A stretch of DNA of 58,922 nucleotides from Candidatus Staskawiczbacteria bacterium RIFOXYB1_FULL_38_37 (GCA_001822075.1 MHPK01000006.1:124977-183898); one strand, 5' to 3'. Counted from the stretch's first letter, positions 1 to 9,901 are shown. Notes: generated from the letters alone by a model not told the origin. Numbers and translations: made by a program.

Positions 1-471
1 CAAATTAATCGATATCAATGCCTCAATAGCAACCACACAACTCAAATCGCCGGCCAGCATTGCCATAGAATGGCAAAATTGACGTTGCTCAATGTTGGCT
101 TTAAGAATCCTGCTGGACCACTGCTCAAACATTTTGTGCATTGTGGGTCTGGCCCTTCGGATATCAGACAAGTCAATGATATCGTCGTGGATCAAGAAAA
201 AACTATGCAATAACTCAATGGCGACAGCCGCTGCAAAAACGTCTTCCATTTTGCCTCCGCCGCCAGCTTGATATCCCAACGCCACTAATGCCGCACGGAT
301 TCTTTTTCCGCCGCCAACTGAAAAATCGAAAATTTTTTCAGTTAGAAGGCGTCCCATGTCGCTAATTCTCGCGAGTTCTCCGGTTTTCTCATTGAGATAC
401 TTGCTGAAATAAGGCTCAAAAATCGCCCTGAACTCTTTTAAATACTGTTGGGCTTTCTCTATCGCTTTCAT
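1..471 (-). CDS. polyprenyl synthetase (trans-prenyltransferase), runs off window start
   Basis: Manual translation MKAIEKAQQY...GGGKRIRAAL...ELLHSFFLIHDDIIDLSDIRRARPTMH shows the GKRxR motif and first DDxxD motif; AAGGAG RBS upstream of ATG at 471; missing from ORF track because it is truncated. Confidence 0.9.
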   Translation of the reverse strand, partial: MKAIEKAQQYLKEFRAIFEPYFSKYLNEKTGELARISDMGRLLTEKIFDFSVGGGKRIRAALVALGYQAGGGGKMEDVFAAAVAIELLHSFFLIHDDIIDLSDIRRARPTMHKMFEQWSSRILKANIEQRQFCHSMAMLAGDLSCVVAIEALISINL

Positions 472-657
472 CTTGTTGCTCCTTTTCGTTTTGATCTCAG
501 AAATCTCTATTCACTTTTCAAAGCCGAGAAACATTCTCAGCGTACTGATTTTATTATACAACTATTAAATAAACAAGTCAAATTTTTGTCTAAAAAATCT
601 GCAAGCAATATAGCAAAAACCCCGCCTAGCGGGGCGCTTTTTTTGGTATATATAATT

Positions 658-1695
658 TTATGCTGTTTGAGCGCCTTTCAAAAAGTATTTTTCATTTTCG
701 TCTTTTGCAAAATACTTTTTGTTGTTTAAATTCATTAACACTGTATTTTTTGCAACTAATCTCTGGGCTAAAACCTCTTTTACAATTTCATCTTTATGAG
801 TTGCCTGTTTTTTATCTTTCAAAACTTTCACAATAACGTCTTTTATTGTTCCTGGCATATACCCCCATTCAGACAAAGCATAAGTTCCCCTTCCAACCAG
901 CACAAATCTTGAGTCTTTTATAAGTTCGTTATGCACTGTTTGGGGATAGGTTTTTTTGCCAACGTTGTATTCAAGCTGATCTATAAGCTTTGCCACTTCT
1001 GTAAAGTGCAAAGGCTTTTCATTCTTTTTGAAAGCCAAATAAGCTTTGTCCTTAACTCCTCTTGGCTTTATTTCAGGCCATTCAGTTAGGCCAAATTTTC
1101 CTTCTTTGTTTTCCTGGATATTTTTTGAAAGCTCAAGATAAGACAAAGCTGCCTGTTTTGCAAATCCATTTTTCAAAGCCAATGAAACAAACTCTTCTTT
1201 TGAAACAGGTTTTCCTATTTTCTTCATTTCGGAAACCAAAGAGTTTAAGTTGGCTATAACTTTGCTTTTGGCATCGGGCATAGTTGACCAAAAATAGCAG
1301 AAGTCTTTCTTCTCGCAAACTCTTGAGAACTGCTCTCCTAATGTGAGCAAAAATAAAACATATGGCTTTTGGCTTTTTCCGCCAAGCTCCTGCAAAACAG
1401 ATTCCTCTTTTTTAAATCCGCCCTGCTCCTGAAAATAATTAGCAAACTGGCCATAAATGCTGTCTATCAATTCGCCGTTTTGCTTTCTTATGTGGTTGAA
1501 TCCGGCTTCCTCTATTTGGCGGACCCTTTCTCTGGTTATGCCAAAAGACTTGCCTATTGATTCTAATGTTTCAGGATTGCTTGTTTTCACGCCAAATCTG
1601 CGATCAAAGATGTCTTTGGTCTTTTCAGAAAGGCCTTTTGTAAGCTTTTGATATATTTGCTTATAATTTAGCGTAGCGATATAATTGGTTTCCAT
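658..1695 (-). CDS. sigma-70 region 4 HTH plus HARE-HTH (RNAP delta-like) protein typical of CPR
   Basis: ETLESIGKSFGITRERVRQIE (sigma r4); C-terminal PLHFTEVA...TVHNELIKDSRFVLVGRGTYAL. Confidence 0.8.
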   Translation of the reverse strand: METNYIATLNYKQIYQKLTKGLSEKTKDIFDRRFGVKTSNPETLESIGKSFGITRERVRQIEEAGFNHIRKQNGELIDSIYGQFANYFQEQGGFKKEESVLQELGGKSQKPYVLFLLTLGEQFSRVCEKKDFCYFWSTMPDAKSKVIANLNSLVSEMKKIGKPVSKEEFVSLALKNGFAKQAALSYLELSKNIQENKEGKFGLTEWPEIKPRGVKDKAYLAFKKNEKPLHFTEVAKLIDQLEYNVGKKTYPQTVHNELIKDSRFVLVGRGTYALSEWGYMPGTIKDVIVKVLKDKKQATHKDEIVKEVLAQRLVAKNTVLMNLNNKKYFAKDENEKYFLKGAQTA

Positions 1696-1757
1696 ATGTT
1701 TTATTAACCCTGATGGGACTATTAATTATTTAAGTTTACCATATTAAAAACTCCTTG

Positions 1758-2669
1758 TCAAGTTTGTCGCATTGCCCCCCATTTATACCAGCTGACAAGC
1801 AAGGGGGACGCAATAAATATAGAAGAGTAGGCTCCCGAAGTAATGCCTATTATTAAAGCTAAAGAAAAATATTTTAGGGTTTCTCCTCCAAAAAAGAATA
1901 TGGCAATAAGCACTATTAATGTGCTAAACACCGTGCTCAAAGACCTGCCTAGTGTTTGGTTTAAGCTCCAGTTAACGGTTTCTTCAAACTGGCCCATTCC
2001 CTGCCTTAAAATGTTTTCTCTTATCCTGTCAAAAATAACAATGGTGTCGTGCACAGAAAATCCAAGCACTGTTAAAAGAGCAGCTATAATTGGAATTGTA
2101 ATTTCAACATTATACAACCTTCCCAAAATAGAAAAAACTCCAACGGGAATCAATATGTCGTGAAACAGGGCGATTAAAGAAGCAACTCCATATTTCCACG
2201 AATTTACAGGCCTTGAAACTTTTCTAAAAGCAAAAGCAATGTATAGAGTTATAGCCAGCAAAGCTAAAACAATTGCCAGCTCTGTTTTGTTTCTCAGCTC
2301 CTGGCCCACAGAAGGGCCGATATACTGAAAACTTTTTTCACTGGTTTTGGCAAGCTCATTTAATTTTGCCAATATCTGCTGATGGGTTGCTTCGTCAACG
2401 CCTATAAACTGCAAAATTGCTCCGTTAACTCCAATTGGCTGTATGCTAACCTGGCCCAAACCAAACTGAGAAAGAGCCTGCTCTATTACTTCGTTTGATG
2501 GCCTTTCTCCGCCAGCTGGCGGATTAAACTCAATCTGCATGCTACTGCCGCCCGCAAACTCAATTCCAAATTTTAACCCAAAAATAAACAAAGAAACAAT
2601 CGTGGCCAAAACCAAAATCCCAGAAATTATATAATAGATATTTGAATATTTAGTAAACTGTATGTTCAT
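1758..2669 (-). CDS. secF: protein translocase subunit SecF
   Basis: LKFGIEFAGG, GFSVHDTIVIFDRIRE, QTLGRSL, GAYSSIFIASPLL. Confidence 0.97.
   Translation of the reverse strand: MNIQFTKYSNIYYIISGILVLATIVSLFIFGLKFGIEFAGGSSMQIEFNPPAGGERPSNEVIEQALSQFGLGQVSIQPIGVNGAILQFIGVDEATHQQILAKLNELAKTSEKSFQYIGPSVGQELRNKTELAIVLALLAITLYIAFAFRKVSRPVNSWKYGVASLIALFHDILIPVGVFSILGRLYNVEITIPIIAALLTVLGFSVHDTIVIFDRIRENILRQGMGQFEETVNWSLNQTLGRSLSTVFSTLIVLIAIFFFGGETLKYFSLALIIGITSGAYSSIFIASPLLVSWYKWGAMRQT
2508..2523. repeat. 16-bp perfect palindrome TCCGCCAGCTGGCGGA (family A), in-frame in secF
   Basis: Identical copies at 18014-18029 and 27857-27872. Confidence 0.9.
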
Positions 2670-2677
2670 TTAATTAC

Positions 2678-2781
2678 TAATTTTAAATTTAAAATTTTAA
2701 TTGAATGCCCTAATCTCAAATGTTTAAAACATTCTATCATTTAGATTTCATTTAAAATTTAAAATTTGTTATTTAAAATTT
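2678..2781. repeat. 104-bp AT-rich intergenic repeat, copy 1 (secD-secF spacer)
   Basis: 4 mismatches over 104 bp to 27010-27113; diverged copy near 32168-32268. Confidence 0.9.
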
Positions 2782-4201
2782 ACAAAAGCCATTTAGCTTT
2801 TTCTGTCCACTTTCCTACGAATACCTGCAAAAATATCCTTGTTATAAATATGGCTGAAAACAAACTTATAATAATACCCAAAGCCAAAGTAAAAGCAAAC
2901 CCCTTAATAAATGAAGTTGCCACAAAAAATAAAATGGCGCACACAATCAAAGAATTAAAGTTTGAATCTCGAATAGACGACCAAGCTCTTCTAAACCCCT
3001 CATCAATTGCCTGAGACAAACCTTTTCCAGCTTTTATTTCTTCTTTCATTCTGGCAAAAATAAGAATATTTGCGTCAACTGCCATTCCTATAGAAAGTAT
3101 AAAACCTCCGATGCCAGCCAACGTTAACGTAACAGGAATTAATTTAAACAAAGAAAGCACAATGGCAACATAAATTATTAAAGCAAAAGAGGCTAAGAGC
3201 CCTGGCAGCCTATAAATTAAAACCATAAATACAACCACTGCCAAAAGCCCAAAAATTCCAGCCAGTAAAGATTTCTGCAAAGACGCATATCCTAAAGTAG
3301 GCCCCACGGTTTCTTGCGAAATCGGGCTTCCTATTTTTACAGGCAAAGCTCCAGAATTCAACCTTCTTGCGATTTCATTTGCTTTTTGGGTTGACATGTC
3401 TCCTGTAATAACAGCTTTGCCTCCTGAAATTTTTTCTTGCACGTTGGGAGCGTATAAATCGTTGACGTCAATTTTTCCATCTCCGTTTGTGTCAATAATA
3501 GAGGCTCCGTCAAGAAAAATGGCCAAGCTCTTGTTAACGTTTCTTTCTGTAATTTGTTCAAAAATTTTAGCTCCCTCGTCGTTAAAGCGCAGTTCTATCT
3601 GGGGCTTGTAAGTTGTGGGGTCAAAAATAACATTTGCTTTTGTAAGATATTTTCCTGTTAATTCTGTGGGCTTATAATAAGGATTTTGCAAAGCCAGCTC
3701 CCAGTTTTCAATGCTTGTAATATCTCCCCCCTCGTCCTGAACCGCTTGGACTTCTTTCATTTTATCTATAATCTGCTGGGCTTCCTCGGCTGTCCTTTCT
3801 TCATCAAACTCCAAATACGGAGTTTGGCCTATCATATCAATTGCCTGTTTTACATCTGTAACTCCGGGCAACTCAACTAAAAGCCTGTCTTGGCCCTGAA
3901 TTTGGACAACAGGCTCTGAAACCCCAAACATATTTACTCTTCTTTCAATTACATCTCGCAATCCTGCCATAGCTCCGGATTTATCTTCAACTGAACTCAA
4001 ATCTGCCTGGTAAATAAGCTGGACTCCGCCTTGCAGGTCAAGGCCCAAAATATATGGCTTTTCTGGAAAATGCCAAAGAGTCCAGCCAGCTTTGCTGTTT
4101 AAATAATCAATAGCCTTATTTACATAATTTGGGTATGAAAAAATCCCGGCTAAAACAGCCAAGATTAAAACTGCAATAAAAATATAATATTTCTGCTGCA
4201 T
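2780..4201 (-). CDS. secD: protein translocase subunit SecD
   Basis: LGLDLQGG, IERRVNMFGVSEP, IGMAVDANILIFARMKEE, IKGFAFTL. Confidence 0.97.
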   Translation of the reverse strand: MQQKYYIFIAVLILAVLAGIFSYPNYVNKAIDYLNSKAGWTLWHFPEKPYILGLDLQGGVQLIYQADLSSVEDKSGAMAGLRDVIERRVNMFGVSEPVVQIQGQDRLLVELPGVTDVKQAIDMIGQTPYLEFDEERTAEEAQQIIDKMKEVQAVQDEGGDITSIENWELALQNPYYKPTELTGKYLTKANVIFDPTTYKPQIELRFNDEGAKIFEQITERNVNKSLAIFLDGASIIDTNGDGKIDVNDLYAPNVQEKISGGKAVITGDMSTQKANEIARRLNSGALPVKIGSPISQETVGPTLGYASLQKSLLAGIFGLLAVVVFMVLIYRLPGLLASFALIIYVAIVLSLFKLIPVTLTLAGIGGFILSIGMAVDANILIFARMKEEIKAGKGLSQAIDEGFRRAWSSIRDSNFNSLIVCAILFFVATSFIKGFAFTLALGIIISLFSAIFITRIFLQVFVGKWTEKAKWLL

Positions 4202-4295
4202 TTAGCAAATTTGATTTAATAAAATTATTATATGCCTGATTTTCAAAATAGTCAACAATAAAAAAGCCCCGACGTTTCCCGTCGGGGTAGATTGT

Positions 4296-4817
4296 TTAAT
4301 CATTAATTTTTAAAAAATGCTTGAATGCTTTTTTAACAGCTTCCGCCTCGTCCGGAAACATTGCAATCATTGTTCTGTCTGGCACTATTTGGGCTTTTTT
4401 GGAGAAATTTCTAAAATCCCACACATAATCAAGCCCGCACTGAGTCAAAAATCTTATGCTTCCTGTAGAAGGTTCAAGCCTAATTAAGTTAAGCATATAA
4501 AAATCAACTTTTGCAGAAAAAATTACAACTTCTTTTTCTTCTGTTTTCTCGTGGAATACTTCAACTAAATCTTTATGACCCGGCCAAAAAGCATTAAGAA
4601 ACCTTGTGCCTAGCTCTTCTTCTGTTTCGCATCGAAGAGCTAATAAAAAAGTTTCATTTGGCCCCAGCTTTCCGAGCACTGTAACTTGGCATACTCCGGG
4701 CCATGATTGATAATCAGTTTCTTCAAAATTCCAAAATCCACGCTCTCTCAAAACTGCTGCAACGCCCAAATCCGGGACCTCTGTAACAAGAACTAATCCA
4801 ACACTTTTTTCGCACAT
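4296..4817 (-). CDS. NUDIX-like hypothetical protein
   Basis: Degenerate Nudix box ALRCETEEELG; start moved to ATG 4817, which follows AGGAGG; own terminator hairpin near 4262-4287. Confidence 0.55.
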   Translation of the reverse strand: MCEKSVGLVLVTEVPDLGVAAVLRERGFWNFEETDYQSWPGVCQVTVLGKLGPNETFLLALRCETEEELGTRFLNAFWPGHKDLVEVFHEKTEEKEVVIFSAKVDFYMLNLIRLEPSTGSIRFLTQCGLDYVWDFRNFSKKAQIVPDRTMIAMFPDEAEAVKKAFKHFLKIND

Positions 4818-4959
4818 TGCTATGCCTCCTGTGGTTAACAAAATTTCAATGAACAACGCCAATATAAATTTACCACTTTATCAAATTTTGTCCATACAAT
4901 CAAAAACACCCCAAACAATGTCTAGAGTGTTTTGAAATTCTACAGCAGGCTAATAAATT

Positions 4960-5997
4960 CTAAAAGTCTTCTTTTCCTGCGTCTCTGCGATCAGCATCTG
5001 TATGATTGCGGATTTTAACGCCCGTTTTCTTAGCTTTTTTTCTATTTTCGGCGTCAAGATAAATAAGTTTATCGGTTTTATCTAAAAATTCGTGAAATTC
5101 TGCTCTTACGCCGGCCATATATTTTTTATTGACTTCAAATGCTTGGGGATTTTCAAATGCTTCTTCGGGCCAATCGGCGCAAAAATGCAACATTGAATCA
5201 TATGCTCCTTTTACATCTTCTTTACTTGGAGGCATTCTGCCGAAACTATCAATCATCAAATGTTCTGGACATTCACTGGCACCTTCTGCAATCTCTCCGG
5301 TTTTTTCGTCAAAATCAAGCGCTGGCTGGATATACGGCAATTCTGTGTATTGTTTTTTGTCTCCAGTCTGTGCATAAATTCTTTTCCACCCTACATTATT
5401 CCAAAATTTTTCAGAAGTATGTGTGCATTCTCCCATCGCAAATTTTAACTGTTTGCTCTCCTCGCCCGCTCTTTTTGTTGCATCTATCAAAGCTGAAATA
5501 TAAGCTTCTCTTGCCAGTCCTTTTTTGCGCGACCCTCTGGCGCTTGCAGCATAGCCAACGTAATAGACCTGCTCGCCCGTCGGTTCGCCTTTTTCATTCT
5601 GGCAGTCCAAAGGGGCCCCACCAAAAACAGAAACTAATTTTCCTTTTTCATCCCTGACTGTGACAATCCTATAATTTGTATCTTCTGTGTCCCACGGAGT
5701 AACGCCGTCAACAGAAGAGCGTAAAATCTCTTCAGAATCAACCTCTTCTTCAGAAAAGGTTTTTTCAAGCAATTCCTGAACCTCACTTAAAGCCGGATCT
5801 TTGCCGTCTTCAATTACCTCTATCCTAAATTTTTTCCCTTCTGATTCAATTTCGCAATTAGCAGAAATTCCATCTGACCTTTTAAATTCACTCCCTTCCT
5901 GCATTTGCTTAATCGTTTTCCAGACCGACTGTTCTTCAGAGAGCTCGACTGATTGCTCCGGTTGAACTTCTTCTTGTTCTCTAAATATTTCTGCCAT
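4960..5997 (-). CDS. GNAT-like acetyltransferase
   Basis: YVGYAASARGSRKKGLAREAY acetyl-CoA-loop-like motif; SEKFWNNVGW. Confidence 0.55.
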   Translation of the reverse strand: MAEIFREQEEVQPEQSVELSEEQSVWKTIKQMQEGSEFKRSDGISANCEIESEGKKFRIEVIEDGKDPALSEVQELLEKTFSEEEVDSEEILRSSVDGVTPWDTEDTNYRIVTVRDEKGKLVSVFGGAPLDCQNEKGEPTGEQVYYVGYAASARGSRKKGLAREAYISALIDATKRAGEESKQLKFAMGECTHTSEKFWNNVGWKRIYAQTGDKKQYTELPYIQPALDFDEKTGEIAEGASECPEHLMIDSFGRMPPSKEDVKGAYDSMLHFCADWPEEAFENPQAFEVNKKYMAGVRAEFHEFLDKTDKLIYLDAENRKKAKKTGVKIRNHTDADRRDAGKEDF

Positions 5998-6003
5998 ATT
6001 TTT

Positions 6004-7215
6004 TTAATTTAATAATTTTGTAAACAAAAGAAATTTTGTTTTGTCTCCTTTTCCAAAAACTCCTGGCACTCCGTGCTTTGCTTTTTTAAATCCCCCCGCT
6101 CGCAAACCCTCATCTTCATTTTCATTATAAATCATTAATATGTCTTTGTCATTTCCTTTAGAAATTGATTTTATTCCAGACAAAAGATTTGCTTTTGCCG
6201 AAGCATCTTTGCCATTAGCTCCCAGCCAATAAACAAGACTGCAGTTATCGTATATTCCGTCAACATAAATAGCAAAACTTTCCGGCTGGCCGGAAGAATC
6301 CGTAAAAACGGCAGAATGTCCGGTAAAAATTGCGCCGGATCCTTTGTCTTGCTGTAAAAAAAGATCGAGGCACGCCATAAACTCTTCAAATCTTTCAGGT
6401 GAATAATTTTCTTTTGCAATTTGAATTATTTTTTCTTTGTTTTCTTCAGTAATTTCTGCAGGCTCTACTGTTTGTTCGGCGTCTTTCTCTTTGCTACAAT
6501 CGCAGTAATAAACATTTAAATCTCTTCTCGGTCCATAAAAATCTTTTACAGGAAATCCTTCTTTATATCCTGATTTTTGGTACATTTTTACAGCTTTTTC
6601 TGAAACCGACCAGTCGTCTGTTTCTACTTCAAAATGTTTTGCCCCTCTTGTTTTAGCTAAATTTTCTGTCCAATCCAAAAAATATTTTCCGAGCCCTGTC
6701 CCCTGCGCTTCTTTGCTCACAGAATACCAGCCCAACCCCATGTTTAAATTGTGCTTTTCTGTATCAAGGTGGTTTTTTGTGGAAAATCCCGCCCCGCCCT
6801 GTATATCTATTGTGTAAAGGCCAGTCATAGCTAGGGGCTTATCTTCTTGGTCTGTAGCAATATAATATTCAACATTCAAAAGCCCTGGCTTTCCTGTTTC
6901 TTTTTGCTCAAAATAAGCAGTTAAAGTTTCTCTAAGGTTTTCGAAAGAAACATCATCCCATGAATTTTTTAAACTTTCCAAAGTCGGTTCTAAAAAATCT
7001 TTTGTCAAAGCCCTTACTTTGATATCTGTTTCTATTTTTTCTCCTTTTTTTTCTGAAACTAATTTATGCGAAAACAAAACGTCCTCTGGGTGATTCAAAT
7101 ATTCCAAAATTTCTTCATTTGTAATATTACCCATCGCCATGCGTTCGTTTCTTTTTTCTGCAGATTCAAGCTGCTCTGGTTCGCTATGTGTGTTCGACTC
7201 AAATTTTTCTTGCAT
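6004..7215 (-). CDS. GNAT family acetyltransferase, probably two GNAT-like domains
   Basis: YSVSKEAQGTGLGKYFLD, AVKMYQKSGY; second degenerate domain ending LRAGGFKK. Confidence 0.8.
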   Translation of the reverse strand: MQEKFESNTHSEPEQLESAEKRNERMAMGNITNEEILEYLNHPEDVLFSHKLVSEKKGEKIETDIKVRALTKDFLEPTLESLKNSWDDVSFENLRETLTAYFEQKETGKPGLLNVEYYIATDQEDKPLAMTGLYTIDIQGGAGFSTKNHLDTEKHNLNMGLGWYSVSKEAQGTGLGKYFLDWTENLAKTRGAKHFEVETDDWSVSEKAVKMYQKSGYKEGFPVKDFYGPRRDLNVYYCDCSKEKDAEQTVEPAEITEENKEKIIQIAKENYSPERFEEFMACLDLFLQQDKGSGAIFTGHSAVFTDSSGQPESFAIYVDGIYDNCSLVYWLGANGKDASAKANLLSGIKSISKGNDKDILMIYNENEDEGLRAGGFKKAKHGVPGVFGKGDKTKFLLFTKLLN

Positions 7216-7226
7216 ATTTTTATAAT

Positions 7227-7796
7227 TTAAAGTTTTTCTAAAATTTTGAGTTCAAGATTATCTGTTTCTGTGTCGTAAATTGCAAAAGTGGGCTTATGAA
7301 ACTGACCCGCCAGCTCGCCTGGATTTATCATTCTGCACTCGCTTCCTCCTTCGCCATTCGGCTTCGGATGGACAAGTATTTTTTCTTCCCCGCTCGCAAC
7401 GCTTCGCGTAGCGATGCGGGCGAGCCATGGTCTGTGCGTGTGGCCATAAAAAACCACGTCAAATTTTCCTGACTGCGCCAATTTTTTTGCCATATCTGGA
7501 AAATGGGTAAAAGCTATTCGTTTTTTATCAATTTCTTTTTCAAAAACATCTTCATTTATTTCAACGCCGGGTATTTTATTATATTCTTCCAGCAAAATCT
7601 TAAAATCCTTGTCCATGTTTCCAAACACTCCAAAAAATTCTCCTTTAAAATCTGCCAGTGATTCTTTTAAGCTTTCCGGGTTTCCAATATCCCCGCAATG
7701 CAAAATTAACTGGATATTTTCTTTATTCAGCCAATCGACAACTTTTTTAAAATTAGCCACATTGCCGTGCGTGTCTGAAATAATTGCAAATTTCAT
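7227..7796 (-). CDS. YfcE/MJ0936-family metallophosphoesterase
   Basis: IISDTHGN, HCGDIG, GNMD, FTHFP, YGHTH, INPG; carries two palindromic in-frame inserts. Confidence 0.92.
   Translation of the reverse strand: MKFAIISDTHGNVANFKKVVDWLNKENIQLILHCGDIGNPESLKESLADFKGEFFGVFGNMDKDFKILLEEYNKIPGVEINEDVFEKEIDKKRIAFTHFPDMAKKLAQSGKFDVVFYGHTHRPWLARIATRSVASGEEKILVHPKPNGEGGSECRMINPGELAGQFHKPTFAIYDTETDNLELKILEKL
7345..7421. repeat. two adjacent GC-rich hairpin elements inside the phosphoesterase ORF (about 7345-7373 and 7389-7421)
   Basis: cctccttcgccattcggcttcggatggac and cccgctcgcaacgcttcgcgtagcgatgcgggc; both fold back and keep the frame. Confidence 0.7.
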
Positions 7797-8458
7797 AATA
7801 AACCTTTAATTTCTAATTCAAATCTTTTAAAAAAATCAACCATATAATTATGTCTTTCCTCGGCAATCTTTTTCCCAGTCTTTGTCAATATTTTTGATTT
7901 TACTTTTTTTAATTTAAAATAATATTCCAGCAAAGCCGAATCTTCTTTTGAATAGCTAAAATCTCTTGCATTTTTTACTAACTTTTTTTCGTTGCCAGTA
8001 TATAAGCAATTAGAGCCGGACGAACCGGCAAATAAAAAATCTCTGCCAACTCCCACCGCCCCAATTGAATCTAATTTATCTGCATCAAATAAAATTTTCG
8101 CTTCAATTGTCGCGGGTTTGTGGTCATTTCTAAACCTGTGAACTAAAATACAATGTTTTATATTTTCTATTGTTTCTTTATCTAAATTATATTTTTCCAA
8201 AATCTTTTCAGCCAGTTCAACTCCTTTTTCAGCGTGGCAGATTTTTCCTTTGCTCTGCATTTCTTCTCTACGCCCGACATCATGCAGATAAGCTGCTAAT
8301 TTTATAACATTAATGTCTGCTTTTTCTTTTTTAGCAATTCTTAAAGCTAAATTATAAACCCTTTCAACATGGCTCCAGTCATGGCATCCGGAAGCTGAAA
8401 CAAAAAATTCTTTTGCTTTTTCTTTTACTTCTTCAATAATTTTATTATTTATTTTCAT
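7793..8458 (-). CDS. HD-domain phosphohydrolase
   Basis: HDWSHVERV, AAYLHDVG, HAEKG, DADKLDSIGAVG. Confidence 0.92.
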   Translation of the reverse strand: MKINNKIIEEVKEKAKEFFVSASGCHDWSHVERVYNLALRIAKKEKADINVIKLAAYLHDVGRREEMQSKGKICHAEKGVELAEKILEKYNLDKETIENIKHCILVHRFRNDHKPATIEAKILFDADKLDSIGAVGVGRDFLFAGSSGSNCLYTGNEKKLVKNARDFSYSKEDSALLEYYFKLKKVKSKILTKTGKKIAEERHNYMVDFFKRFELEIKGLL

Positions 8459-8670
8459 ATTTCAATGTATTTAAACCTTAAAACTTTTTTACCGCCGAAT
8501 TCAACTTTTTCTGTAAACATTTTTAACGGACGAATCCATAATTCGCCTTCGCCGTACAAAGCTTTATAAACTACAAATTCCTCAAGGGTCTCCGAATGTT
8601 TTGCTGTACCTAAAACTTCATATTCTGCTCCCTTATAATGTTTATATTTTCCCGATTTAATTTTTACCAT
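8455..8670 (-). CDS. DUF1653 family protein
   Basis: GKYKHYKG..YEV...AKHSET.EE.VVY.ALYG...WIRP..MF. Confidence 0.9.
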   Translation of the reverse strand: MVKIKSGKYKHYKGAEYEVLGTAKHSETLEEFVVYKALYGEGELWIRPLKMFTEKVEFGGKKVLRFKYIEI

Positions 8671-8680
8671 AATATTAATA

Positions 8681-8712
8681 ACACTCTCTTATTCTCGAGA
8701 ATAAGAGAGTGT
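8681..8712. repeat. 32-bp perfect palindrome ACACTCTCTTATTCTCGAGAATAAGAGAGTGT
   Basis: Perfect self-complementarity; fills most of the spacer between the ArsR-like and DUF1653 genes. Confidence 0.9.
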
Positions 8713-8719
8713 ATAAAAT

Positions 8720-8995
8720 TTATAGTTTTCGGAATTCTCTGATAAATTTAACAAAAAATTTTCCGTATGGCGATAGATAATGCAAAACCATCTGTCCATT
8801 ATGACTTTTGTCTATCAAGCCGGCATTTACTAATTTTAACGTATGTCCAGAAATTGTTTTAAAATTACAATTCAAACTTTTTGAAATATTTTCAAGCGTT
8901 ATCCCTCCGGCATTCGCAACTAAAAACAAAATATCGATTCTTCTATGATTGGCAATCCCTTTTATATGTTTTTCAATTTGTTTTGAATTTTTCAT
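8720..8995 (-). CDS. ArsR-type winged-HTH regulator
   Basis: KGIANHRRIDIL...NFKTISGHTLKLVNAGLI. Confidence 0.8.
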   Translation of the reverse strand: MKNSKQIEKHIKGIANHRRIDILFLVANAGGITLENISKSLNCNFKTISGHTLKLVNAGLIDKSHNGQMVLHYLSPYGKFFVKFIREFRKL

Positions 8996-9013
8996 GCCAC
9001 ATTTTTCATGTTG

Positions 9014-9901
9014 TTATTTGCCCGCGACGCATTGGTTAAAATTATTTACCTGATTGTTATAATTTGAAATAAGCCGTTTTGTTTGTTCAGCTAAAAAATT
9101 ATAATTTTCAACTAGCTGGTTGTAGTCGTCAATCATTTGGCTGTAAGGCGCGGATTTTGAATTTGCGCTGTTAATTTCTTCTTTTTTTGCATCAATTTGC
9201 AAAGACAAATTAGCTAATTCCGTTTGATTATAATCTATGTTTATTTTTAAGCTTTCGTTGGGCTGAGAACAAGCAGACAAAGGAAGCCCAAATTCCTGCA
9301 CGCCAATCCATACAGTTTCACCCTCATATGTGCCCTTTATAATAGAAACACCGATTTCTGTGTACCTGTTGTTTAAAATATTTGCCCTGTGCCCCGGACT
9401 TGCCATCCAGTTTGAAACAACCTCCCTTTCGTTTTTAAAATTTCCAAGAATCAAATTTTCTCCTGTGGCTATGTAGCCATACCCAAAACTTTTTACCAAG
9501 TCTCCTGGAGCTTGGCCAGAGGGCGACACATGCTCAAAATACTGGTTTTTGAACATGTCTTGCGCTTTAGCTGAAGCTACCAAGCTTAAATATTGGTTTT
9601 CAGTTAAGGCTGGTAAATTATTTTCTGCTCTTTGTAAATTTGTTTGCTCAATAATTTTGCTTTTTAATAAAACAACATTATTGCTCTCGCCTCCGATTTT
9701 TAATGGCAAGGGATTAAAAATTTCTCTGCCCGCTTCCGCCATAACAGAACCTATGTCTGTTTTTTGAAAATCCTGTATCTGTTTGTTAATTTGCCAACTC
9801 GCAGAATTATAAAATTTTATGGCATCGTCCTTAAAATATATGCCTGCTCCAAAAGCTGAAACTATCAAAACCAAAATTATTATTTTGCTATATTTTCCCA
9901 T
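9014..9901 (-). CDS. CAP/SCP-domain secreted protein with C-terminal coiled coil
   Basis: YFEHVSP, GENL, WMASPGHRANIL, YTEIGV; N-terminal TM; start set at ATG 9901. Confidence 0.88.
   Translation of the reverse strand: MGKYSKIIILVLIVSAFGAGIYFKDDAIKFYNSASWQINKQIQDFQKTDIGSVMAEAGREIFNPLPLKIGGESNNVVLLKSKIIEQTNLQRAENNLPALTENQYLSLVASAKAQDMFKNQYFEHVSPSGQAPGDLVKSFGYGYIATGENLILGNFKNEREVVSNWMASPGHRANILNNRYTEIGVSIIKGTYEGETVWIGVQEFGLPLSACSQPNESLKINIDYNQTELANLSLQIDAKKEEINSANSKSAPYSQMIDDYNQLVENYNFLAEQTKRLISNYNNQVNNFNQCVAGK

Noticed and set aside
448-729. 93-aa plus-strand ORF and the many other short antisense ORFs in the track
   Set aside because: They overlap well-supported minus-strand genes, lack RBS or motifs, and are shadow frames
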